Shown: piece by piece, positions 36,768 through 49,617 of the stretch
How positions within the stretch are numbered: the stretch's first letter is position 1
How the letters are laid out: every line of letters starts with the position of its first letter
Assembly (NCBI RefSeq): GCF_031769215.1
Contig: NW_026782608.1
Span: 682,001-746,000 of the forward strand
From: Ylistrum balloti
Taxonomy: Eukaryota
Length of the DNA: 64,000 bases
Reading direction: 5' to 3'
The notes under the pieces: model-generated
Database searches by the model: none
What the model saw: only the letters and a program-made list of their open reading frames with translations
What the model was told of the DNA's origin: nothing
Made by a program: the position numbers and the translations under genes

Positions 36768-39700
36768 ATGTATGACCAACAGCTTCTTTTGGTCATTGTG
36801 ACCATATGTGCCACAAGCATAAACAGTCAGTTCTATTCGGGGAGTGCAGGACATGGAGGAACCTACCAAGGCAGTTTTGGGTACCCGAGGTCAGGTAATA
36901 GCTACCCAGAAGCAGGGGGATACTATGCTGACGCATGGACTGGTTTTCCTACAGGTCATATGCAAAGGATTCGGCGATCAGTTGTTGACACCACCAGACG
37001 AGTTGAAAAGGTAATGTTGATAAATTATAGATAAATGATGTCATTGTTGAATTAGTTAGGTTCAGTAAATCGTAAAATAACGTCATTTTATGATGAGTTG
37101 TCTCAATAGTTGTTTTCAAGTGAAAGTTTTATATAAATGGCATACCATAGTCGAAAAGCGTTGATACATAACTAAACTATAAGTATAGTGGGGGAGACCT
37201 AATTCTACAGCCAAAAACATCTGGAATTTCCAACATTCTGTTAAAGACGATACTCTTCTGAAGGGTGATCGTAACCCCTGGTAGTTCAAGGATGACTTCA
37301 TGATATGTCCCCGTCACTTATGTTAGATATTGACAACATCGCCACCAGTGAAATAATGAGGAATAACAATGTTCATCGGGTATCAAACTCATCAATTGAA
37401 TAATGCTTTATGTCATAATACCTCACGAATGTGTTAATTAATTTGTATTAAGTATTAGTCAGTGTTAGGTCTCCATGTTATACCAATGGGGATTTGTTTT
37501 GAAAACTAATGTAAATATCAGCGTTAGATATGAGACCTTTAAGGTAGTCCTTGATTGGGTATTGCATGAAATGGTCAACAATGGGTGGGGATGATATATA
37601 TATATACTTGTGTAATTTACCTACCAGAGACCAGTCGTAAAATGTAGATACCGGTACTTACCCTTCGGAGAGCAAGGCTTGAGAATTTCCTAGTTAGCAT
37701 TCGAATCGATTTCCAGAATTTCTTTCGGTTATATGGGTATGCTTTGTTCACATGATGCCATGTGATTTTTCATTTCGTTCATTATGTGTTAAGCTTAGGT
37801 GTTCAAACCATCTTTCTGACTGATCCTTCTGTTCTCTTTTGACTCTGTCCTACCTTTTTATTTCAAACAATAATTAGGAAGCCACACAGCAGCAGATAAG
37901 AACAGTTGATAAGACGAAAAGCAGGTGATATCTCATTTGTCTTTCTGCTCGATTCGCCCGTTCATTTTTTTTTTCTAGTTTCTGCGTTTTTGTTTCAAGC
38001 AAGGGTCGAAAGGACACAAAGCAGTCGAAAAATTCTGAAAGTATAGTAGATCACTCGAAAAACTTTTGGAACAAGTCTGTAATTTGGCCCTTCTTCCATT
38101 ATACACGAATTCGCCTCATGCCAATTTCACCCTCGAATGCTTCTATAAAAGGGATGCATAAGTGTAACAAACCTTTCCATGGTCGAAAAGGGCAAAAAAG
38201 GAAATGGAGGGCGAAATTTTTTCATGGTATAATGTATCTAATTGTTTATAATGAATTCGCTTGAATTTGCCTAAAAATCACCTACTAATGTTTACACACT
38301 GTGATGTAACAAAAACATCATTATTTCCAATCAGTGTTAGATTTTAATTTCTGCACCTTTTCAGAGCTTTTGATAACGAATTGGCCGTTGTGACTTTACC
38401 TTTGTAACATGAATACAAATGAACCCTTGAAATAAGTTAATGTACATCATCACTATTGTACAGGTTACAGACCAAGTGTATGTGGCCATGGGTGGTAAGG
38501 CGCTGGGGAACTCCATCATGATAATAGCACCTGATGGTCTGATCATAGTGGACACTTCCGACAGTCATCAAGCTGCCAGCCTGATGCTAGAAGACTTTCG
38601 GAACATCACTTCAGCCCCTGTGAAGGCCATCATCTATACCCATCACCATATGGATCACACTGGAGGTGCCACTGTATGTAACACGTCTTCGAAAACCAAA
38701 AAAGTTTACATCAATTCTAACCTGATTATATTTGACCTTTACTTTCATGTCAATTTTTATGCGATAAACAAATTATAATTCAAAAGGCTAAGCATTAAAA
38801 GCATAGCCATTCGCGTGTTAAATCAATTAACTGATGTTTAATTTAAACAAAGGTTTCCTCTATTTAACTTTGTAAAATATTTACAAAGGAAATATTTCAT
38901 AAAAGACTTCGCTAACACATAACAGAGAATGGTATTAATGGTCTATTTTGTTCACTTCAATAGGGGGAAATATTTTATTTGGTGTGTTTTTGAGAACAAA
39001 ATGAAATATAATTAACAAGATATCACAAGTTGTTTTCATGTATTCATACCTCAGGCCTTTATTGAAAATTCAACTGCGACCCCGGATATTTGGGCTTACA
39101 AGGATCTTCCAAGCGATTTGGAGTCCTACTTCGCGTATGCTTCCAGAGCACGATATGCCAGGACTATGCGCCAGTTTGGTGTGTTCGTCAATGGAAGTCA
39201 GAACTCAATCGATTTCGGGAAAGAAGGGACCACATTTGGATTCGTTTACCCCAACAAATTTCTGAAAGACACGGAAATGGACGTCGTTATCGCAGGTAAA
39301 GTGAATTTCGCAACATCTAACCAAGCTGACCTGCAGTAAATTCTAGTAGCCTTAGACGTATGGCTGAAATGCCATTATAACGTAGTCAATTCTTCACGAT
39401 TTCATAGATTCACTTTCAAATATATTAAAATCTAGACTCATAGATTCACTAACGATTCTTGGAAAGACGACATAGTTTTATAATGCAGTTAAATCATTAG
39501 TTGGCTCTACTTATCTTGTTTTAATGATTTCTATTGTAAGAGTATATCCTCTCGGTCCGATTCGCCAGCTAGATATACACCACAAACTAAACGATATTTC
39601 TTACAAGATACTAACAACAGTATTTCACATATTATACATTACGAAATATTACATAAGGATCCATTTTACATAGTATCAATATGCATCACTATGACAGTGA

Positions 39701-40826
39701 CAGAGGTTCCATTTTTTCCGCAGGATTGAAAGTGCGGCTTGTGAGAGTTGAAGGCGAAACTTCAGACCATATGGGCGTATATATCCCAGAATGGAACATG
39801 TTCATGTGCGGCGATACGTTCTACAATGCCTTTCCCAACATCTATACAATCCGAGGGGCAAAGGTGCGGGATGCCAAGGCTTGGTATAAATCTCTAGACT
39901 ACATCATTGATTTGAATTTGACATACCTAGTACCAAGTCACAGGTCTGCAATAACTGGACAACAAACCATTATGGACATGCTTATCCCTCACAGAGACGG
40001 CATCCAATTCATTCATGACCAGACCCTCCGCTACATCAACAAGGGACTCACGCCAGAAGAAGTCGTTCGCAAAGTAAAACTCCCGCCATCCCTAGCCAAT
40101 GTTTCTACATTGCGAGAAGAGTACGGTATGGTAGGATGGTCTGTCAAAGGGGTCTTCCAAATGTATTTAGGCTGGTTTAGTGGTGACCCTAAAGACCTCT
40201 TTCCCCTCACAACAGGCGAAAAGGCACAACATATGGCCGATCTGGCTGGTGGTGTGAATAACCTGGTCACAGCTGCTCGGGCAGCAGTTGACAAGGGAAA
40301 TGCACAGTGGGCTCTAGAACTAGCCTCTTATGCACTTGCACTGAACGCGTCTGACGATACGGCAATGAAAGTGAAAGTTGACAGTCTGAATGCTATTGCC
40401 GACCAACAAATAAACACGAACGCAATTAACTATCTGAGAACATCCGTCCTCGAGACGATGGGACAGCTGGATCTTTTCGATCAGAGCGCTATCACCACCG
40501 ACCATATCAACTCATTAGACGTCAGACATATATTTGATATATTGCCGTCAGCATTCATGCCAGAAGTCTGCGAAAACGAAAAGTTCACAATTCTGTTGAA
40601 TTTTACAGATACGGGGAGAATACTCTCTCTCCAGAATCGCAATTCTGTTTTAGTCGTGAGGGAAGACAAAGTTCCAGAAGCTTACACTCTCAAAATGGAC
40701 ATCACTGAAAATCGATTCAAAAAGTTTGTTATGACGAGGATCAACCAAGGCCAAACCCCACATATTCTGTTCAAAAGTTATGGATTCCGGTTACTGCAAA
40801 AATGTTTTGACCTTAGAAAAATGTAA
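36768..40826 (+). CDS. Secreted alkyl/aryl sulfatase, SdsA1/BDS1 family (metallo-beta-lactamase fold, dimerisation domain, SCP2-like C-terminus), 598 aa
   Basis: Exons 36768-37010, 38464-38673, 39055-39295, 39724-40826; phases 0,0,1; 1797 nt open. Motifs IVDT, THHHMDH (HxHxDH), GETSDH, GDTF, PNIYTIRG..VRD, YGMV.WS.K..FQMYLGWFSGDP..L.PL. AATAAA at 41009-41014. Confidence 0.9.
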
Positions 40827-41100
40827 TTGGAAATCGTTGAACTATATAAACTGTATATGTGCGCTTATCGTTTAGGATAAGATCAGATTTGGTTGATTCC
40901 TAGACAGATTTCTTGCATCAACACATACGTCCATATATACTTTACATACTTAACAGCATACCCATATATATTTGTTGTATCCTTTATAACATGCAATCCG
41001 GCTTCGTTAATAAATTGTTTACAGTGCTGTGTTGTATGTACATATCATGTAACTTGCAATCAGTGGTGATAAAGATACTAATTATGCAGATTCTGTTGGA

Positions 41101-41300
41101 CTTTTAGCCCACTATTATCAGACGGTCAGCTATAATAATCGTCCTAGGTCTGTGGTCTGTCCGTCATCCATTTTTATTATCACTATTCCTCCAGAAGCAC
41201 TGGATGGATCTTTCTAAAATTCCATGTGTAGGTTCCATTTGGTCTCTACTTGTGCCCGTTCGATTATCAAACAATTTTGGATTGGACAGGTAAAGATTAT
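41101..41300 (-). mobile_element. HINE-like element 3' part, inverted
   Basis: TTTTAGCCCACTATTATCAGACGGTCAGCTA (degenerate terminal hairpin), then GTCTGTCCGTCATCC, then GGTCTCTACTTGTGCCC shared with the copy near 2215. Confidence 0.6.
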
Positions 41301-42361
41301 CAGAGTTCCGAATAAATATGTTCATTTGATGCTCTTTTAAAATCATCTAATATTCAAAATTTATTAAAGTTTAGGGTCAGTGTACGGTCTCTGCTTTGCT
41401 ATAACAATGAAATAACGTGTTTGGTTATTTCAACTTCTGCATCACTAAAAATACTCTATGGAGATAAAACAACATTTTTATCCATTAATAACAAGTGATT
41501 GTTTCTATAATAGAATCATCTTGTCTACCCGACCTATTCAGAGAATTTAACTTCATAGCATGGGTAATTTTTGACATAATAGTATGTACCATGTAAAACA
41601 CTGACAAGGAACTATGAACCGATGCATAGCTTAAAAATAACTTGCATGACAGTCATACACTTGCCCAAAACAGGATGTATCTGTATTGAGTCTAAATACA
41701 ATGCAGTATACAATCAAACTCTGGCATGCAATTCGATATTCTGAAATAGACCATTTGAAAACTTGAAATAGTCAATTTGAAAACTTGGTATTTAAATTCA
41801 AATTTAAATAAATAGCTTAAAACACCACAATTAATATGTGTATATAAGAACACTTTAGGAAAAATTTCCTGTCAAAATTACTGAGATCTAGAGTTAGAAA
41901 TAAGATAAATATCAATGTCAACATTCATGTACACATTTTTTTATGCACATAGACCTCATTTCCTAGAAATCAAACATTTCAGAAAATTCAGATCACACAC
42001 ACGACAACAGTAATAGCTCCTTACTCAAAGAAACATTTTCAACTTGAAAGAAGAGAAAATGAAATGATGTCAACATTACCTTCAATCAAACCAGACAAAT
42101 TTGCCCAGCCCAGACTACAGAAATATATGTAGAGAATGTTGCTGTCCATTATACCAAGTACTACAATATTACCTAAAGTCAATTTGTATGAATATGACAA
42201 GATCATGCATATCAACTTTACATTTTAAATAGCAGTTCTTGCCTTAAGCATAACTTATTCTTGTCACTTCACATTTATTGGTGAAATTTACCAATTAAAT
42301 ACATGACTTCATAGTGCAAAACAAAGTTCATGTGTAATTACACTAATCCAATATGAGTCTT

Positions 42362-43375
42362 GAGAGCACCTGATTCTAGAGAGCAAGGTTAAGTATGATA
42401 AATAACCATTAGCGTTGTTAACCCTGACAACACAATATCCCTGTTACTGACAATACTCACAGCAGCGGACTCTAGAGAGCAAGGTTAAGTATGATAAATA
42501 ACCATTAGCGTTGTTAACCCTGACAACACAATATCCCTGTTACTGACAATACTCACAGCAGCGGACTCTAGAGAGCAAGGTTAAGTATGATAAATAACCA
42601 TTAGCGTTGTTAACCCTGACAACACAATATCCCTGTTACTGACAATACTCACAGCAGCGGACTCTAGAGAGTAAGGTTAAGTATGACAAATAACAATGAG
42701 TGTTGTTAACCCTGACAACACAATATCCCTGTTACTGACAATACTCACAGCAACAGAGTCAAGAGAGTAAGGTTAAGTATGACAAATAACAATGAGTGTT
42801 GTTAACCCTGACAACACAATATCCCTGTTACTGACAATACTCACAGCAACAGAGTCAAGAGAGCAAGGTGTAGTATGACAAATAACAATGAGTGTTGTTA
42901 ACCCTGACAACACAATATCCCTATTACTGACAATACTCACAGCAACAGAGTCAAGAGAGCAAGGTGTAGTATGATAAATAACAATGAGTGTTGTTAACCC
43001 TGACAACACAATATCCCTGTTACTGACAATACTCACAGCAACAGAGTCAAGAGAGCAAGGTGTAGTATGATAAATAACAATGAGTGTTGTTAACCCTGAC
43101 AACACAATATCCCTGTTACTGACAATACTCACAGCAACAGAGTCAAGAGAGCAAGGTGTAGTATGATAAATAACAATGAGTGTTGTTAACCCTGACAACA
43201 CAATATCCCTGTTACTGACAATACTCACAGCAACAGAGTCAAGAGAGCAAGGTGTAGTATGATAAATAACAATGAGTGTTGTTAACCCTGACAACACAAT
43301 ATCCCTGTTACTGACAATACTCACAGCAACAGAGTCAAGAGAGCAAGGTGTAGTATGATAAATAACAATGAGTGT
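42362..43375. repeat. 96-bp tandem repeat, about 10.5 copies, two sequence variants
   Basis: The period of 96 bp was checked (CTAGAGAG at 42376, 42472 and onward). It produces the spurious 32-aa-repeat ORF 42773..43381. Confidence 0.97.
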
Positions 43376-44143
43376 ATGCAAAATTTTTCATTTTATTGAT
43401 GAATAAAAATCTTTTACTCATTTTCTTGTAAACTGAATATTTTCTTTCGTCAACACCACCATAAAAAGTTTTACTTCATAAATATCTACTCTACTCATGA
43501 AATATGATTGTTTTCTTAACCATGGTTTACAGTTACCCACTTATAACATGGATGTAACCAATTGCCCTCCATGATATAAGTCCTAACACTCCGATGACAT
43601 GCTACAAATCAACATGTATTTGTGTATAAACAATGACCTTCAGAAAAATAATTTCCACCTTTAAAACAGAACTTACAAATTTAAATTTCATACTTAAATT
43701 TATTGCCAAAAAGTTCACAAATTACAAAAGATTTACCATGATTTTCAAGTATACCATCAGGAGAGCTGGTGTCATCAAAATTCAAGTAGATAAAAGTCTT
43801 GCCAACATTCTTTAACCTTAACAGTTTTGCATTCAGCAATATCAAAGAGGAATAAATAGTTTTCACTTTGTCTTTTGATTCCATCTGGTGTGTAATACCT
43901 AACAATTTCAAATATTGAGAAATATTTCTTCACCCCAGTTACACTTTAATTTGATTTAAAAAGACTACAAACAGCAGCATTAAATATGACTAAAGTATCA
44001 ACATAACAAAAAAAAACAGAACACTGATTTGCTTTGGCCTCAATCAGATAACTGATTACAGGAACTCAAAGTGACAAAGTATCTTAAAGAATGTGATATC
44101 AGTCAGAAGATTAAATTCCAAGAAATCTCTCAGACTTTCCAAA

Positions 44144-47100
44144 CTATTCAGAAGATATAGCATACTGTTTAGCAGTGGCATTGGCTAGAAGATTGAATGC
44201 TGAAAAATCCACAGTGGCTACAACTTCCTGTGACTGGTCAACCATTGTAATCTGATACACCTGGTCACTAACACCATCCTTGACCACTGCTGTGTTCTTA
44301 GTGCCCTCCTCCAATGTCTCCACTGGCTGTGCACTACTACCTTTGAGTATTACAGTTTGATAAGGCTGACTGGTGCCTGATTGATGCTGTATCTTCTCCA
44401 CTTCATTATTGATTACAGCCTGTAATTGTTCAAGTGCATCCTGCCCCAATAAACTGTTTGTTTCCATTACATAAGTAGTTGTTTCTTTTGGATCTTCAGT
44501 ACTCAACGTTTCCAATATCACTTCCTCTTTCACTACATCCTCCTTTTTAGGCTTATGCTTCTTTAGATGACGATGGTATGTTGACTGGTCATGAAATTTC
44601 TCCTCACACTTGTTGCAACTATAAGGCTTATTACCAATATGAATGTTAAGGTGTTCGTTGAGGTATTGTTGTCGTGTGAAGCGTTTTGGGCATATGTCAC
44701 ATTGGAATGGTTTTTCTCCAGTGTGTCGCAGAATATGGCGATCTAATTCTCCTAAAAAGTAAGAACAATAAAAATACATTATTTACCAACTCCTTTGCTT
44801 TAATATTAATATACGAGAAATCAATCAACTTTTTTTATAGATCAAAATATTTCATGTCATTTGCAAAGAGTGGAAACAACCACTAATGTATATTTAACAA
44901 TGTTCTGGCAAGTAAAATTCACCAAAACCAACACATGTTGCTCAATGAAATCATCCAGATTATTTCTACTTCTACATATTGAACCGTGTCTCGGTTACAC
45001 ATTGTCTTGTCAGTCTACTGTAACAATACAAGTTCTTGGTGTATTAAAATGGGAAATTAAAGACTAAAAGTGGATGTGCACACCTCATATCTAATATTGT
45101 AACAAATTTGTTGTGTTTATTAATATATTTCCAACATGGTCAAAACATTCTTTCTGACTATATCTTCAGAGTCTGCTTGGCAAAATGATGTATCGATTTG
45201 AAATGGAATTGTTACTGTGAAAGAATAATGACATTGAATTAAACCTGGTACTCCAGCATGATAAGCTACGGTTCTGCCAACATGCAACTGATCATATTAC
45301 GGTTTTTTTCTTATATGTATACCTTTAGTGAAGAATGAGAAACTACAGTCTGAACAGTTGTACGTCTTCTCCTCTAGGTGACGTTTTTTGTGTGAGAGGA
45401 GGTTTGCACGCTGCTTGAAGGACTTTCCACACAGCTCACACAAGTGTTTCTTGTCACCAGTGTGTACCATCATGTGCGTTTTCAGTGTGACACTCTGAGT
45501 GAAACCTCTACTGCAGATCTCACACCTGGCCAACAAGTATTAAGCATATTAAACAGGAACATCAAATCACAGAATCAAGAATGCCTGTCACTGGGAAAAC
45601 TATGTACTGACATAAAGAGATATTAAATACCCAAGAGCTGCAGAAGTAGCATTTTATTTGTAAATTTGGGATCAGAGCTTTTTGTTATACTTTGGGTACA
45701 AATTGACTTAGTACAGTAAAGCATATGAAATTTTCCAGGGTTTAACAGCAAGTTTTAAGGACCTTGGAAACATAACTACCCATTCTAGCCCAAAAATGTC
45801 CTAAGAAACCCCTGAGAATGCAAAGTGTGATTCTAACAAGATAGACAACACTCTGATATAATATATAAATAGAATTTCTTTCCCATAAATTAAATTAAAT
45901 GTAAAATAAATTTTTAATGAATTCTACAGTCAGCACATAACACAAAAATGTGCGAAACCAATGTTATTTATGTGTATATTTATATAGAATTTCATTTGTA
46001 CACATAAAATTCAGGTACAATTACAGCAGGTAATTCTAACCTGAAACTATCATCTCCACATTCATTACTACATATGATGCATTGCGTTTTGTTTATTGAT
46101 ACTTTAACATTCTCGACCTATCCTCTAAAAATGGCAATAAAAAGAACCACTTAAAAATCTCAACCTTGCAGTACTTACTGCAAGTTATATAGGTGAAAAT
46201 TTATCTTGTTTATTCATCTTTTCTTTTTATTTATCCTTTTTCTCATTAAAATATGTATACTACTTCAAGTCATTTGATATCTTCATAAAAACATCAACTA
46301 TACTGTATATACGTATTAACAAGGCACTACCTTAGAATCCTATTAATGAGGCACTGCCTTGGAACATTGATTACTAATACTCTTCCCTGTTCTTCATACT
46401 GTTACACTTTAAACGTAAACTTTCTTGGAGATTTATACAACTCACAGTATGGATATATATTTCTATACATAACTTACACATAGGGTTTCTCGCCCGTGTG
46501 AGTCCTGTTGTGTATTATAAGGCTTTTCTTCTCTGTGAAACTTTTTTCACACAGATCACAAGAGAAAGGTTTCTCTCCAGTGTGACTGAGCTCATGCCGT
46601 TTCATATTCTGCTTAGTTGTGAAAGTCTTGTCACATTCTTTACAGGAAAATGGTCTGGCTCCAGTATGCTTTCTCTGGTGAACTAAAATAAAATGTTTTA
46701 AAATAATTAAATACCCGTTTGTTTTGTGGTGTTTTAAAATACAATATTGATGATATGGAAATTGCAAATTTCAGAATTTTTAATTTTGTACTCTGATTAA
46801 ACAGGAAGTATGCAGAGCAAATCTTCACAGTAATTCCTAGCAAATGTAATTAAACAAGAAATCATACAAATGTTTCATGAATTTATTATTTTGATAATGA
46901 CACACAAACCATATCTTGTTGCTAGTCTTACCATGAAGAGCTCCAGAATTTGATAACTTTATTCCACATGTTTTACATTCCCAAACCAATTCAATATTTC
47001 CTAGTTTATTCCTTTCCTCTCGTGGTCGATTCTGAGCATGCTGCCGTTTTCTTGGTTCAGAATTAGAGCTGGTTTCTGGTTTACTCAGACGGTTTCTTCT

Positions 47101-49520
47101 TCTTCTTTTTCTACTGGTTCTCACTGCTTGTTCCTCATCAGCATCATTATTGTCGATGTCTTTACCATCAATTTCCTTATCAATATCTTCACCATACAAA
47201 TAATCCAAAACCTTCTCTGGAGTCAATATGTCTCCCTCCAGATTTATGTTGTCCTTTCTTTGTTTTATTCGTTTACTGGTTCTCCCTGGAGAAGAAGTTC
47301 TCAAATGTTTTCTCTTTTTTTTACTTTTATTACTTTCAGAATGTTCATCATAATTAGGTACAATGTGAGAGTCTGCTTTAGGAAATTGATTGTCTTGGAT
47401 TTCATGAAGAACTTCATCACTATAATCATTCTTGTTAGATCTACTGCTTTTAGGTACAGTCTGTTCATGAGGTGCATCCTTGTTGTCTTGTTTGGAAACA
47501 TTTTCCGCTGTAGGTGATGAATTTACTGAAATGTTATCTACAAACTGGTGAATATTTGAAGGCTCTGCTTTCACAGGTGATGAATAACTCTGAAACTGAC
47601 CCTGCAGTAACATACTAAGTTTTTCTGGCGTCAAAATTTCTCCTTCTGCAAAGTCTTGTGGCAGATGGATTTCTATTGTCTGACTGTCTTCTCTTACTTC
47701 ACACAGAATTTCTGTTGGGACTGTGATTTCTTTTTTCAGCATGCTCACCATACTTTCCTTTGTGGGAGCAGCTGGCACTGCTTCTATTTCAACAATGTCA
47801 TTTCTATTCTGGAGGTATTCTGCATTACTACTAGTCTCATCAAAACTGTTGTGAGTATCAACTTCAAATCTTACATCCTGCTGATTTGTGCCTGTAAACT
47901 GTGAATGCATATCATCCGGTGGACAATACTGTGCCACTGACAGATTCTGACTTGACAAGGTGCTGGTCACAGGAGACTCTGAATATGAAACTTGATTTGA
48001 AGTGGAAACCATGTCAAAAAAGTCTTGAATGTCCGATGAGACCAGCACACTTTCTTCATTTGTAGTGTTTTGATTGGCTTGAATTTGTTGTCTGGAGTCA
48101 TCTGATGGTAGACATTCCTCTTGAATGTTAAAGCTTGGATCATCACTTTTACCTTCATCAGCATCTTCACATCCCTCTTGAATGCTATGAGATGCTTCAT
48201 CATTCTTAATTTCATCAGCACCTTCACATTCTTTCTGACTGTTATTACTAGCTTCATCCTCATTAAATTGATGGCGATCACCAAATTTCTCTGAAATGTT
48301 TACACTTGCATCTTCAGTCTTCTTTCTATCAATGTCAGCAGATTTATTTGATGGGTTAATAGTATTTGATATCACATCCCAGAAGTCATGCAGTTGTCTT
48401 TTCTGAGCATCAGGGATTAATGCCACCATTCCAACTGCTTCTGCCACCTGTTTTGAATAATAAAAAGACTACAATAGTTACCAAACTGAACAAATACTTG
48501 GTGAACAAGTATTGTTATTACATATACATGAAAAATAATATACTATGTAGGATTAATGATAATCATAAAACATCTCAAGAAATAGGAATAACAAATTTTT
48601 TTTACTGACAGATGATGAATAGACGCAAGGTCATTTGAACAATCCACCAGTTAATGATATTGGACTAAAATACATTCTGTATATAATATAACCCCTTCAA
48701 ATGCCTCTGTCCAAACCCCACCCCTAATCCAGCATAATCACCAATTTCACAGACAGAAAGGATAACTGAAGGATTTGGATTAGTTGACAGGTTTTCCATC
48801 TCTGTGACTCCTTCTGTTCCGTGGGTATCATCTCACTAAAAGTCACAAAAGTCAGTGTTCTGGCGATGTTATAACTGAAGGGGTAGCAACTGGGTACTAA
48901 TTAACCAATTTTGTTTGACAAAACATTGTGCAGCTTAATACATACAGTAAAGCACAGTTGGTGGGACAAAATGAAGTATTCAACTAATCCAATGGTTCTA
49001 TCTACTTCTATTTACCCAGCAGTCATGCAGACACTTTTAAATCTGTCAGCACAGCTAGGAAGAAACTAGAGGATCTAGGATGGTGATAAGGGTGTGAATC
49101 TTAAGCATGCATGGCATTGAATTTCGATGCAAATGTAGCAGTATCATTTGGATCAAGAATAGTATCAGAAAAATGTAATATGCTGCGATTAGGGACATAC
49201 ATGTTCCAAGTAGTCCAAGTTATTACCCATATGAGGGGTTGTGTCCAACCTGTCAACAAAGAGATATATATCTCCATGCTTTCTATTTTAGATCACTGAC
49301 TTTGACCAGTAACAATTTTTGAACAAACAAAACATAGCCCCGTGTGTTACTTGTGTCAGTATATCTAACGATTCGTGTCAAGAACAGACTTTAGACAACA
49401 GATGATATTGGGTCATCATACACTGCGATCACACATTTTACATTAATGTATATACGACATTCTTACCTTCGATTTGAAAAGCTCAAGAATGTCTTGTTCT
49501 TTGCTCGGCTTCTCTGCCAT
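44144..49520 (-). CDS. C2H2 zinc-finger protein, 861 aa, 8 tandem fingers after a long acidic low-complexity region
   Basis: Exons 49520-49467 (MAEKPSKEQDILELFKSK), 48447-46932, 46682-46478, 45525-45323, 44751-44144; phases 0,1,2,1; 2586 nt open. Eight CxxC...HxxxH fingers with HTGE(A/D)KP-type linkers. Confidence 0.92.
48608..48670 (+). mobile_element. Solo HINE-like 3' end in zinc-finger intron 1
   Basis: GACGCAAGGTCATTTGAACAATCCACCAGTTAATGATATTGGACTAAAA aligns with the reverse complement of 41101-41165. Confidence 0.4.
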
Positions 49521-49588
49521 GTTTGCCGTTGATAATGTTTTATTTACACTAAAAATATATACTATCCAAATCCAAACACATCAGCCAT

Positions 49589-49617
49589 CGCCATTTTGAT
49601 AAAGCGCCACCTGTAGC
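49589..49617 (-). promoter_or_regulatory. Zinc-finger gene proximal promoter: YY1-type motif plus CTCF-like/E-box motif
   Basis: CGCCATTTT (AAAATGGCG on the minus strand) at 49589-49597 and GCGCCACCTGTAGC at 49604-49617, 70-100 bp upstream of the ATG. Confidence 0.4.

Noticed and set aside
40031-40669. Minus-strand ORFs 40031..40294, 40320..40505 and 40481..40669
   Set aside because: They are antisense shadows of the sulfatase exon.
42773-43381. 202-aa ORF of 32-aa repeats
   Set aside because: It is a translation of the 96-bp tandem array with no unique coding flank or splice support.
47038-48608. Overlapping ORFs 47038..47517, 47301..47501, 47656..47904, 47967..48284 and 48366..48608
   Set aside because: They are shadow or alternate frames of the large zinc-finger exon.
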